The notes beneath the pieces are model-generated. The model was not told the origin of the DNA, searched no databases, and saw nothing but the letters and a program-made list of their open reading frames with translations. 34,319 bases of DNA. It comes from Octopus bimaculoides. Taxonomy: Eukaryota. The stretch covers positions 57,670,858 through 57,705,176 of the forward strand of contig NC_068991.1 of the NCBI RefSeq assembly GCF_001194135.2. The letters are read 5' to 3'. Position numbers and translations under genes: made by a program. Of the stretch, positions 9,770-21,274 are shown one piece after another; within the stretch, counting starts at the first letter, position 1; every line of letters begins with the position of its first letter.

Positions 9770-11160
9770 GAATTTACTTCCTGGAAAGTTCCGAGTAGAG
9801 GGAAGAATTACTTTCTTAAAAAGTCAAAGGAAAGGGAAGAGAGGAAGGAAATACTTCCTGGAAAGATCAGTGGGCGCGAATCGGTTTCTGGAAAGTTCCA
9901 AGGACGGGTAGAAGCGGGAATTACTTCCTGGAAAGGATATGGGTAATTAATTTGTGGAAAGTTCCAAGGAAGGGGAGAAGGGGATGAATTACTCCCTGGA
10001 AAGTTCCGAGGTCGAGCCACTTCCTGGAAAGTTCCGAGGATGGACTTCCTGGAAAGATTCGAGTACGAGCTTCTTGCTGGAAAATTCCAAGATGAGCTTC
10101 TTGGTAAGTCCTAGGACAGTTCCGAGAATGTGGAAGAACTACTTCCTAGAAAGTACCCAGGAAGGGGAGTTTCTGAAAAGGTCCAAGGACTTCCTGGAAA
10201 GTTCTGACGATGGGACTTCCTGGGAAGTTCCGAAGCCACGTCCTGGAAAGTTCCGAGGGCTTCTTGGGAAATTCGGAGGTTGGAACTTCCTGGAATGTTC
10301 CCAGATCTTCCTGGAAAGTTCCGAGGAAGACCTTCCTGGAAAGTACAGAGATCTACATGGAAAGTTTGAAGGATAAACGACTTCCTGGACAGTTTCGGGG
10401 GATGGGATTTCCTGTAAATTTCCGAGGATGGGATTTCCTGGAAAGTTTCGAGTATGGTACTTCATGGAACGTCCCGAGAGTATCCTTGAAAGTTCTGAGG
10501 GTGGGACTTCCTGGAAAGTTCCGAGGATGGAATTTTCTGAAAAATTCCGTGGGTTTCCTGGGAGGTTCCTAGGAAAGGATTCCTTGCAAAGTTTCGAGGG
10601 TATCCTGCAAAGTTACGAGGAAGGGATTCCTGGAAAGTTCCTAGGATGAACTAATCCCCGGAAATTTCCGAGGGTGGTAATTCCTGGAAAGTTACGAGGA
10701 TTAACTATTTCCTGGCAAGTTCCGAGGAAAGGCCTTCCTGGAAAGTACCGAGATCTTCCGGGAAAGTTCTGAGCATGGACTACGTCCTGGAAAGTTCCGC
10801 GGTTGGGTTTACTGGATAGTCCCGAATCCTTCCTGGAAAGTTCCGCCAATGATACTTCTTGGAACGTTCCGATGGTTTCCTGGAAATTCCGAGGATGGGA
10901 CTTCCTAGAAAATTCCGTGTTTTTCCTGGAAATTTCCGAGCATGGACTACGTCCGAGGATTGTGTTTCCTAGAAAGTCCCCAGTCCTGACTGGAGAATTT
11001 CGAAGATGTACTAATTCCTGGAAAGTTCCGAGGATGGGATTTCCTGGAGTGTTCGGAAGATTTCCTGGAAAGTTCCGAGGATGGGATTCTCTGGAAAGTT
11101 CCGACGATGAACAACTTCCTCGAAAGTTCCGATTGTGGTTCTTCTTGGAAAGTTCCTCAT
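9770..11160. repeat. Degenerate tandem array (minisatellite-like), consensus approx. ACTTCCTGGAAAGTTCCGAGGATGGG, roughly 50 units
   Basis: About 19 exact TTCCTGGAA copies by hand count, plus many variants. Spacing is mostly 20-45 bp, longer at the left end. Clearly more GC-rich than the flanks. Confidence 0.93.
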
Positions 11161-11769
11161 TCTAGCATATTGGATGTCCACCTAGTGATCATCCCTTATA
11201 CACGTTTAATACAATTTTAACTTGTTACTAAACAACAACTTCTGCATATAGATAGATAGATACATACATACATAAATACATACATACTTAAATAGATAGA
11301 TATTCATGAGTCTGTGTATATATGTGAAAAGGCGCACGTGCGTGTGTAAATGTGTGCGCGTGCGTTGCGTGGAGATATATGCTTTTATAGGCGTATGTTG
11401 GGACTTACATGTGTGTCTAATACCCAAGAACTGTTATGACCTTACGAACATCTGAAAATGTATCTGGTCCACGGCGTCAACTTTGACAAGGATGGCAAAC
11501 TATGAAAGGATTTATTACCAGCGGCTATTCTACAGATGAGTTAGACATACACTGACACACTTTATAATGTACTTTACTTCAATATATTATATACACTATT
11601 TTCCCCTATTCTTTGCATTGTATTACTTCTTAATTACTTCCTGTTCTATCCATATCTCAGCAATGTAATCTATTCTTTCCCATTCCTACTCCATGTATTT
11701 TAGATATAACTACTATCATCATGCTCCAGTTAAGATTAAGAACGACACATTACTTATGTATCGAGTTAC

Positions 11770-11834
11770 ATCACCTGACGAGATGGTTCTACACGGTGCA
11801 GAAATGCAAGATTTCTCGAAACGATCGTTGTGAT
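11770..11834 (+). ncRNA. Candidate type I hammerhead ribozyme (minimal, Penelope-like-element type)
   Basis: Stem I AUCAC (11770-74)/GUGAU (11830-34); core CUGACGA (11775-81); stem II closed by G11782-C11817 and capped by UGCA-GAAA-UGCA; GAAAC (11818-22); palindromic stem III AAC-GAUC-GUU; predicted cleavage after GUU at 11829; AATAAA at 11836-41. Confidence 0.65.
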
Positions 11835-12198
11835 AAATAAAGTTTCAATATACTTTATCTTCCGTATCCATTGTCAGGCATTAAAATAAATGCTTTCTAG
11901 TGGTTATGAGTTGTTTCCATTCTTATTTCTAGCAATACTGGTGTTGATTAGTACCCTTAGTTACTCTAATGACGTATATATTTCTGCCTTTCGGTTGTAA
12001 AATTGCGAATAAGTCACCCTTATTATATATACACACGACTAGATTATTGTACAATCCCTCTACCAAGGCTATTCACAAGTCTTTTGATAAACCCAGACTG
12101 TGATACGTAACAACTGTCTATGGTGATGCACATTGCGATTGCAGCAAACCCCAATCCCTGTGGTTGTGGATTTAACTTGTTACTAAACAACAACGTCT

Positions 12199-12199
12199 G

Positions 12200-12273
<74 letters not shown>

Positions 12274-12315
12274 CTTATATGTGTATGTATATATGTATAT
12301 ATATATATATATATA
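12199..12315. repeat. (TATC)n + (TA)n microsatellite before a gap
   Basis: Directly visible. Confidence 0.95.
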
Positions 12316-13043
12316 NNNNNNNNNNNNNNNNNNNNNNNNNNNNNNNNNNNNNNNNNNNNNNNNNNNNNNNNNNNNNNNNNNNNNNNNNNNNNNNNNNNNN
12401 NNNNNNNNNNNNNNNNNNNNNNNNNNNNNNNNNNNNNNNNNNNNNNNNNNNNNNNNNNNNNNNNNNNNNNNNNNNNNNNNNNNNNNNNNNNNNNNNNNNN
12501 NNNNNNNNNNNNNNNNNNNNNNNNNNNNNNNNNNNNNNNNNNNNNNNNNNNNNNNNNNNNNNNNNNNNNNNNNNNNNNNNNNNNNNNNNNNNNNNNNNNN
12601 NNNNNNNNNNNNNNNNNNNNNNNNNNNNNNNNNNNNNNNNNNNNNNNNNNNNNNNNNNNNNNNNNNNNNNNNNNNNNNNNNNNNNNNNNNNNNNNNNNNN
12701 NNNNNNNNNNNNNNNNNNNNNNNNNNNNNNNNNNNNNNNNNNNNNNNNNNNNNNNNNNNNNNNNNNNNNNNNNNNNNNNNNNNNNNNNNNNNNNNNNNNN
12801 NNNNNNNNNNNNNNNNNNNNNNNNNNNNNNNNNNNNNNNNNNNNNNNNNNNNNNNNNNNNNNNNNNNNNNNNNNNNNNNNNNNNNNNNNNNNNNNNNNNN
12901 NNNNNNNNNNNNNNNNNNNNNNNNNNNNNNNNNNNNNNNNNNNNNNNNNNNNNNNNNNNNNNNNNNNNNNNNNNNNNNNNNNNNNNNNNNNNNNNNNNNN
13001 NNNNNNNNNNNNNNNNNNNNNNNNNNNNNNNNNNNNNNNNNNN

Positions 13044-13106
<63 letters not shown>

Positions 13107-13610
13107 ATAGATATATAGACGTATGGATATATATAAATTATTTATATAGATGCCACTGGCGTTCTAAGTATGCCATTACGACCCGAATAATTATTACTAA
13201 CGATTTTTGCTATAAGAATAGTAAACACACACACGCACCCACACAAGCACACTCTCCTTCACTTATACTTTAACACCTCTGATACATACATACGTACATA
13301 CATATATACATACACACACACACATATAGCGTCAAGTGTAGTAATACTAATAACTAATGAATAATCTCTGAATTTAATATATTCATGTTTAAGTGTAAAG
13401 AGCCATAAGATTACAATGAGCAATAACAATTAATTAAAGACAGAAGTGAATTAATGTAATAACCTTTATTAAATTACAGGTATTACTGCTATAAGGTGCA
13501 GTGTACTCATTGCTGACTGTTCTGCCACGTCCTATATCGTTTTGGGGGCTATTAAAATCGTGTGTAACCTTTGTGTCTCAAAGGAGTTAAATACAAGGAC
13601 TCACGTATAT

Positions 13611-13642
<32 letters not shown>

Positions 13643-15065
13643 NNNNNNNNNNNNNNNNNNNNNNNNNNNNNNNNNNNNNNNNNNNNNNNNNNNNNNNNNN
13701 NNNNNNNNNNNNNNNNNNNNNNNNNNNNNNNNNNNNNNNNNNNNNNNNNNNNNNNNNNNNNNNNNNNNNNNNNNNNNNNNNNNNNNNNNNNNNNNNNNNN
13801 NNNNNNNNNNNNNNNNNNNNNNNNNNNNNNNNNNNNNNNNNNNNNNNNNNNNNNNNNNNNNNNNNNNNNNNNNNNNNNNNNNNNNNNNNNNNNNNNNNNN
13901 NNNNNNNNNNNNNNNNNNNNNNNNNNNNNNNNNNNNNNNNNNNNNNNNNNNNNNNNNNNNNNNNNNNNNNNNNNNNNNNNNNNNAATGGAGTAAACGCAT
14001 GTTATAACTGCATACTTTTTTTCCGACATATGTTTCGAAGAATTACAATTTATGCGATCCATAGGAATCGGCGATGTTAAAAATGTAAACTTCTCCTCAG
14101 GGAAATGTATGGGAACCAGCTTAAACGTAAGACATTATAACCGAGTATGAGAACTATAGTTGGGTGAGGTTATAACGTAATTCATTTGAAAAAATCGTTG
14201 GAGATTAGGACGCTACCAGATATACTTATATTGATAACGTAAAACAGTGATTGAAAATTCATTGTTTAGCAAATATCCGGCACGCTGAATAAAATATGGG
14301 CGACAGAAGCAATACTAGTTCAAAACAACACCCTCCGCATCATACTTAAAGCAGGTACGCGTCTAATAAGAATGCTATCTTAAGACGAATACGTCAGTTT
14401 ATCACGCTTTCAACGATGTATATATGTATGTGCGTGTGTGTGTGTGTGTGTGCGTTTGTGTGTGTGTGTGTGTATGTGCGATTGTGTGATTGCGTGAGTG
14501 TGTGTTTCCATATGTATGTGCATGTGTGTGTTTGTATATGTACAAACGGCAGGCGGTAACTACTTTAAAAGCCTCTAATATAGGTACTCTAAAGTTTTAT
14601 ACTTTAGATAGCATAATATCTTTGGAAATGTTCAATTTTTCCATTTTTTCAATTTTCTTTTTCGTAGCTATTTTACGAAAATATGTAGCACATTTTCCAT
14701 TTATTCATTTATACAGTTGTATATAAAGCTGTTATGGTATACAAATTAGCTAATTTGATTTTTAGTTTTTTCCCGAGAATATATATATTTGTTCTTGTTT
14801 AATTATTTTTTTTTGGTTTTCCTTCTCAGAATGAAATTTCAGTCGGATATAATGGCGGAGATGTATGATAATGATAGTGTGAATTACATTTGAAGATCTA
14901 CTGTTTATGTAGTCAAATGAAAGACGTGCGAAGTGCTCGACTTTCCTTAATCGTTTGGTAGTTGCGAGGGAAATGTAGATTTATATATTATAATAAGGTA
15001 TACAGGAGATAAATAGTGGTGTATACGTATAAATGTGGTATCATGGCTACAATATTAATGATATT

Positions 15066-15097
<32 letters not shown>

Positions 15098-15842
15098 NNN
15101 NNNNNNNNNNNNNNNNNNNNNNNNNNNNNNNNNNNNNNNNNNNNNNNNNNNNNNNNNNNNNNNNNNNNNNNNNNNNNNNNNNNNNNNNNNNNNNNNNNNN
15201 NNNNNNNNNNNNNNNNNNNNNNNNNNNNNNNNNNNNNNNNNNNNNNNNNNNNNNNNNNNNNNNNNNNNNNNNNNNNNNNNNNNNNNNNNNNNNNNNNNNN
15301 NNNNNNNNNNNNNNNNNNNNNNNNNNNNNNNNNNNNNNNNNNNNNNNNNNNNNNNNNNNNNNNNNNNNNNNNNNNNNNNNNNNNNNNNNNNNNNNNNNNN
15401 NNNNNNNNNNNNNNNNNNNNNNNNNNNNNNNNNNNNNNNNNNNNNNNNNNNNNNNNNNNNNNNNNNNNNNNNNNNNNNNNNNNNNNNNNNNNNNNNNNNN
15501 NNNNNNNNNNNNNNNNNNNNNNNNNNNNNNNNNNNNNNNNNNNNNNNNNNNNNNNNNNNNNNNNNNNNNNNNNNNNNNNNNNNNNNNNNNNNNNNNNNNN
15601 NNNNNNNNNNNNNNNNNNNNNNNNNNNNNNNNNNNNNNNNNNNNNNNNNNNNNNNNNNNNNNNNNNNNNNNNNNNNNNNNNNNNNNNNNNNNNNNNNNNN
15701 NNNNNNNNNNNNNNNNNNNNNNNNNNNNNNNNNNNNNNNNNNNNNNNNNNNNNNNNNNNNNNNNNNNNNNNNNNNNNNNNNNNNNNNNNNNNNNNNNNNN
15801 NNNNNNNNNNNNNNNNNNNNNNNNNNNNNNNNNNNNNNNNNN

Positions 15843-17035
15843 TTAGAACTATCCCACTTGCTGTTCATGGAACAAGTGATACCCCAACCTACCAGAGGAA
15901 GCAATATTTTAGATCTCTGCTTCACAAACAATGTGAGCCTAATCCATAATGTGAAAATAACGCCTACATCTCTCTCAGATCATAATATTATAGAATTAAC
16001 TATGTATGGTCCTAGGCAACCTATTGACACTCATCCTACCAGGAGGATTCAAGCAATATCCAACCTGAATTTCCACAGGGCGGACTGGAAGTCAATTCGC
16101 AGAGAGATTCGAAATCAAAACTGGCATGACAGCCTTTCTATACAAGACAATGACCTCAAACTAAGTCATTTTATGTCAACTATACAAGACATATGCACCA
16201 AATACGTGCCATATAGAAAGACCAGCAAACATGCCAATAGAATTCCTAGAGACAGGAAAATCCTTATGAGACACAGAACAAAGGTCTCAAACCAGTTAAA
16301 TAGGGAACTGGGGGATAGGAAAAGGGCTAAATTAAAAATAACACTGTTAGAAATAAAAAACAAGATTAAACTATCCCATGAAAAGGAGAAAGCAGAGAAG
16401 GAGAAGAGAGCAGTAGAAATCATAAAAACAAACCCCAACGCTTTCTATAGATTTGCAAAAGAGACTGCTACGGTACAGTATAAGATAGGACCCCTATTCC
16501 TGCCTAATGGCTCACTGACTGCGGATCCGACATGGATAAGTGAAGTGCTCATTGCACAATTCAAGAGTGTCTTCACTTCTCCTCTGAGTCACGTGCAGAT
16601 AAAGAACCCAGCTGATTTCTTTGACAATAGCACTCAGCAGAAAAAGACTGCATCCATTACCTACATTGACATTGAAGAGGAAGATGTAATAGCTGCCATA
16701 AATGAAATGAGCTTAAATTCGGCAACTGACCCCGATGGTTTCCCGACTGTCCTCCTAAAGTCGTGTAAACAAGAATTAGCAGGACCACTCCGGAAACTCT
16801 TCCAGAGTTTCCTTGCAAATGGTAAACTTCCCAAAAAGCTGAAGGAAGGCACCATATGTCCTATCCATAAAGCCGGAAGCAGAGCAGAGGCTGGGAACTA
16901 CAGGCCCATCTCTCTGACTTCACATATTAGCAAAGTCATGGAATGAATTGTCAGAAAGAGATAGATTGCGTTCCTAGAAGAAAATGACTTGCTGAATGAG
17001 ACCCAGCATGGTTTCCGTCCAGGTAAAAGCTGCCT
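15843..17035 (+). mobile_element. Non-LTR retrotransposon (CR1/L2 group) ORF2 fragment: APE endonuclease C-terminus, linker, start of RT; inactivated
   Basis: One frame across the whole contig. Endonuclease end: PTRGSNILDLCFTN...SLSDHNII. RT start: PDGFPTVLLK, ICPIHKAG...NYRPISLTSHISKVME, QHGFRPGKSC. In-frame stops TGA 16944-46 and TAG 16962-64. Both ends run into N gaps. Confidence 0.95.
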
Positions 17036-17699
17036 NNNNNNNNNNNNNNNNNNNNNNNNNNNNNNNNNNNNNNNNNNNNNNNNNNNNNNNNNNNNNNNNN
17101 NNNNNNNNNNNNNNNNNNNNNNNNNNNNNNNNNNNNNNNNNNNNNNNNNNNNNNNNNNNNNNNNNNNNNNNNNNNNNNNNNNNNNNNNNNNNNNNNNNNN
17201 NNNNNNNNNNNNNNNNNNNNNNNNNNNNNNNNNNNNNNNNNNNNNNNNNNNNNNNNNNNNNNNNNNNNNNNNNNNNNNNNNNNNNNNNNNNNNNNNNNNN
17301 NNNNNNNNNNNNNNNNNNNNNNNNNNNNNNNNNNNNNNNNNNNNNNNNNNNNNNNNNNNNNNNNNNNNNNNNNNNNNNNNNNNNNNNNNNNNNNNNNNNN
17401 NNNNNNNNNNNNNNNNNNNNNNNNNNNNNNNNNNNNNNNNNNNNNNNNNNNNNNNNNNNNNNNNNNNNNNNNNNNNNNNNNNNNNNNNNNNNNNNNNNNN
17501 NNNNNNNNNNNNNNNNNNNNNNNNNNNNNNNNNNNNNTATATATACACACAAAACATATATTATGCACACACACACACACATACATATATATATATATTT
17601 TACTAGTTTGTGCTCGTGAGCTGTGGTAATATCACGGCCCTGCCGCAAGCCTTGTCACACTTTCACTACTATACTTTCACTACTTGAAATCTCCGCAAA

Positions 17700-18140
17700 T
17701 AAGTAGCATTTCTTGAATGAGGTATTCTGATCTTGCTGCCCTCAACTGCGTTTCCTGCCGCGAGGTAGCTTAATCCAGAATACATGGCAGGTGGATATCC
17801 GGTTTTGCTTTGAAAACACCTGCATTCTCGAAACTTTGATCTCTCAGGCTTTTTGCAGGGACATTGAAAATCCGTGTGCCCTTGAAACCAAGCTGTTTCA
17901 ATATCTGCTCCTGTCTATTGATGGCAATCTTGGGATCTTTGGTAGTATGTAGTCTGCAGTTTGTGTAACATACAATGTCACGTTTGAGTACAAATTCTTC
18001 TAGGATTTTATAGATGTATAGCATTGTTATCTTTTTTGCCTTCGTTATAGAAAGTAGAACGATTCTCAGTAACTGAACTATCGCATTCAGACTATCTTTT
18101 TGTGTAGTTCTCAAAATTAGAGCTCTCCAAATTTACTGCA
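17700..18140 (-). mobile_element. Decayed 3' end of a CR1/L2-group LINE ORF2
   Basis: Minus strand: KKIV*MR*FSY*E (cf. KKI...LSYWERL), FYFL*RRQKR (cf. LYSLERRRER), LYIYKILEEFV, LGFKGTRIFNV..KSLRD, FKAKPDIHL..ILD*, TSRQETQLRAARS. This is the characteristic C-terminus of these elements, with several stops and frameshifts. Confidence 0.8.
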
Positions 18141-18698
18141 AGAGAAGAATGCATAAACTCTTTAATTATCATAAAACATTCTAGAATGTCACAAAATGTA
18201 CCGTCAGTCATTTTTTAACATAGTAAGACGTTGAAGAAGATCATGCAAAGTTATCCGTAAGAAGCGTCCTTTTTAACATAGTTTAGACTAAAGTTTAGTG
18301 TGTGTTTCTTCCATCTCCCCGTAAAGCATTCATAATTTATCGCAGTCAATCACGACCAGGAGGATGTAACGTGCACCAACGAAATATAAGCACGTCATTA
18401 AACAAAGTATATATATATATAATAGCGACAAAAATAAAGACTTAATCTTAAACTTGTTTCTATTCCCTGAAAACAAACATGCAAGTCAAGGTTATTCGGA
18501 CACATGCAAACACTCACCGGCACAGACTTACCGGTACATATATGCATACAGACAGGTTTACAGACGATCACGTGCGCGTGCACATGTGTGCTCACGCACG
18601 CGTACACGGACAGTATTACAGCATTGTTCTACGAGCATTTACAGTGGTAAACGGCATTGCACGTTTACTCTTTCAATGACTATACACAAGCAGACACA

Positions 18699-18744
<46 letters not shown>

Positions 18745-19594
18745 TGTGTGTAAACGTATGTTTTTGTTTGTAAGTGTGCATATGTGTGTATCGGTTTGAA
18801 TCTATGTGTATGTATTTGTATGCATATGAGCATATATATATAAATACATACATATATATATATANNNNNNNNNNNNNNNNNNNNNNNNNNNNNNNNNNNN
18901 NNNNNNNNNNNNNNNNNNNNNNNNNNNNNNNNNNNNNNNNNNNNNNNNNNNNNNNNNNNNNNNNNNNNNNNNNNNNNNNNNNNNNNNNNNNNNNNNNNNN
19001 NNNNNNNNNNNNNNNNNNNNNNNNNNNNNNNNNNNNNNNNNNNNNNNNNNNNNNNNNNNNNNNNNNNNNNNNNNNNNNNNNNNNNNNNNNNNNNNNNNNN
19101 NNNNNNNNNNNNNNNNNNNNNNNNNNNNNNNNNNNNNNNNNNNNNNNNNNNNNNNNNNNNNNNNNNNNNNNNNNNNNNNNNNNNNNNNNNNNNNNNNNNN
19201 NNNNNNNNNNNNNNNNNNNNNNNNNNNNNNNNNNNNNNNNNNNNNNNNNNNNNNNNNNNNNNNNNNNNNNNNNNNNNNNNNNNNNNNNNNNNNNNNNNNN
19301 NNNNNNNNNNNNNNNNNNNNNNNNNNNNNNNNNNNNNNNNNNNTATATATATATATATTATATATATGTATATGTATACACTGAGGTGTGTTAAACTATT
19401 TCAGATATCAGGTATGATCGTCGCTGACCTTCAATAAAAGTAATGTCAAGTGGAAATAAAAAAGAAAGAGAGAAAGTAGCATGGAAAAGAATCTGTAAAA
19501 CTGACCGACGACGATGTTGAAGTTTACGATGTCAATACAAGTGTAAAGTTATAAATAATGCTGCTGTATTAGCGGAACCAACTTGGTTTGTGTG

Positions 19595-19635
<41 letters not shown>

Positions 19636-20671
19636 GTGTGTGTGTGTGTGTCTGAGTATATATGTATGCATGTATATATACATATTTACACATATATATA
19701 AATATATATATACATACACATATATATATATACGTATCTATATCTATCTATGTATCTATATATATATATATATNNNNNNNNNNNNNNNNNNNNNNNNNNN
19801 NNNNNNNNNNNNNNNNNNNNNNNNNNNNNNNNNNNNNNNNNNNNNNNNNNNNNNNNNNNNNNNNNNNNNNNNNNNNNNNNNNNNNNNNNNNNNNNNNNNN
19901 NNNNNNNNNNNNNNNNNNNNNNNNNNNNNNNNNNNNNNNNNNNNNNNNNNNNNNNNNNNNNNNNNNNNNNNNNNNNNNNNNNNNNNNNNNNNNNNNNNNN
20001 NNNNNNNNNNNNNNNNNNNNNNNNNNNNNNNNNNNNNNNNNNNNNNNNNNNNNNNNNNNNNNNNNNNNNNNNNNNNNNNNNNNNNNNNNNNNNNNNNNNN
20101 NNNNNNNNNNNNNNNNNNNNNNNNNNNNNNNNNNNNNNNNNNNNNNNNNNNNNNNNNNNNNNNNNNNNNNNNNNNNNNNNNNNNNNNNNNNNNNNNNNNN
20201 NNNNNNNNNNNNNNNNNNNNNNNNNNNNNNNNNNNNNNNNNNNNNNNNNNNNNNNNNNNNNNNNNNNNNNNNNNNNNNNNNNNNNNNNNNNNNNNNNNNN
20301 NNNNNNNNNNNNNNNNNNNNNNNNNNNNNNNNNNNNNNNNNNNNNNNNNNNNNNNNNNNNNNNNNNNNNNNNNNNNNNNNNNNNNNNNNNNNNNNNNNNN
20401 NNNNNNNNNNNNNNNNNNNNNNNNNNNNNNNNNNNNNNNNNNNNNNNNNNNNNNNNNNNNNNNNNNNNNNNNNNNNNNNNNNNNNNNNNNNNNNNNNNNN
20501 NNNNNNNNNNNNNNNNNNNNNNNNNNNNNNNNNNNNNNNNNNNNNNNNNNNNNNNNNNNNNNNNNNNNNNNNNNNNNNNNNNNNNNNNNNNNNNNNNNNN
20601 NNNNNNNNNNNNNNNNNNNNNNNNNNNNNNNNNNNNNNNNNNNNNNNNNNNNNNNNNNNNNNNNNNNNNNN

Positions 20672-20730
<59 letters not shown>

Positions 20731-20731
20731 A

Positions 20732-20797
<66 letters not shown>
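20672..20797. repeat. (AGAT)n microsatellite
   Basis: Directly visible, ~31 units with one variant unit. Confidence 0.97.
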
Positions 20798-20799
<2 letters not shown>

Positions 20800-21189
20800 C
20801 GGGAAAAGGATTGAGAATGTGAGCGAAAGCATGAGGTAAAGAGATAGAGAAAAGGAGAACAATTGAAGAGAGAAGGAAATGAGGGAGGGGAACACACATA
20901 GAAGTGTATCAGTTCTCTGATTTGTTCGGTGTGTGGTAGGTAGGTGTCGTTTCAATGAAGCTGATAATAAAGGTGGTTAATTTTCAGTCAGCGACAATGA
21001 TAACTGATTAGGGTTATGTCATCACAGTAGAATTGGTTTTCGTGACCAGCCGGAGGTGGAAAATGGTAATGTAATTTCCCAAGCATTCATCAAACAAAAG
21101 ACAGCAATCTATAGTCTTCATTAGTACCGGAGCCTGAAGCCAAGATTCAAGAACCAAGACACACCACTCAGTAATATTTGAAAAAAAAA

Positions 21190-21274
21190 AGTAATAATAC
21201 TAATAATAATAATAATAGTAATAGTAATAATAATAATAATAATGATGATAATAATGTTGATAATGATAATGATG
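21190..21274. repeat. Imperfect (AAT)n/(GAT)n trinucleotide repeat
   Basis: Directly visible; it produces the poly-Asn and poly-Leu pseudo-ORFs in the track. Confidence 0.92.

Noticed and set aside
10204-10235. CTGACGA-T-[9-bp hairpin]-GAAG inside the array, suggesting the unit derives from a hammerhead
   Set aside because: The second core strand is GAAG rather than GAAA, stems I and III do not close, and the other units read CCGAGGA...GAGG. Best explained as a chance variant of the palindromic unit.
9770-11160. CRISPR-like reading of the palindromic core plus variable spacer array
   Set aside because: Cores are degenerate, spacers are short, irregular and related to one another, there are no cas genes, and the context is eukaryotic.
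9749-11165. Overlapping 60-140 aa ORFs (FLESS/LPGKFRG/TSWKVP repeats) as a repetitive protein gene
   Set aside because: They occur in all frames and on both strands, unit lengths are not multiples of three, and stops are scattered. This is what a noncoding array produces.
15843-18140. Twin-priming 5' inversion as the cause of the opposed LINE pieces
   Set aside because: The inverted 5' part would lie to the right of the minus-strand 3' piece, not beyond its tail, and the two pieces differ greatly in decay.
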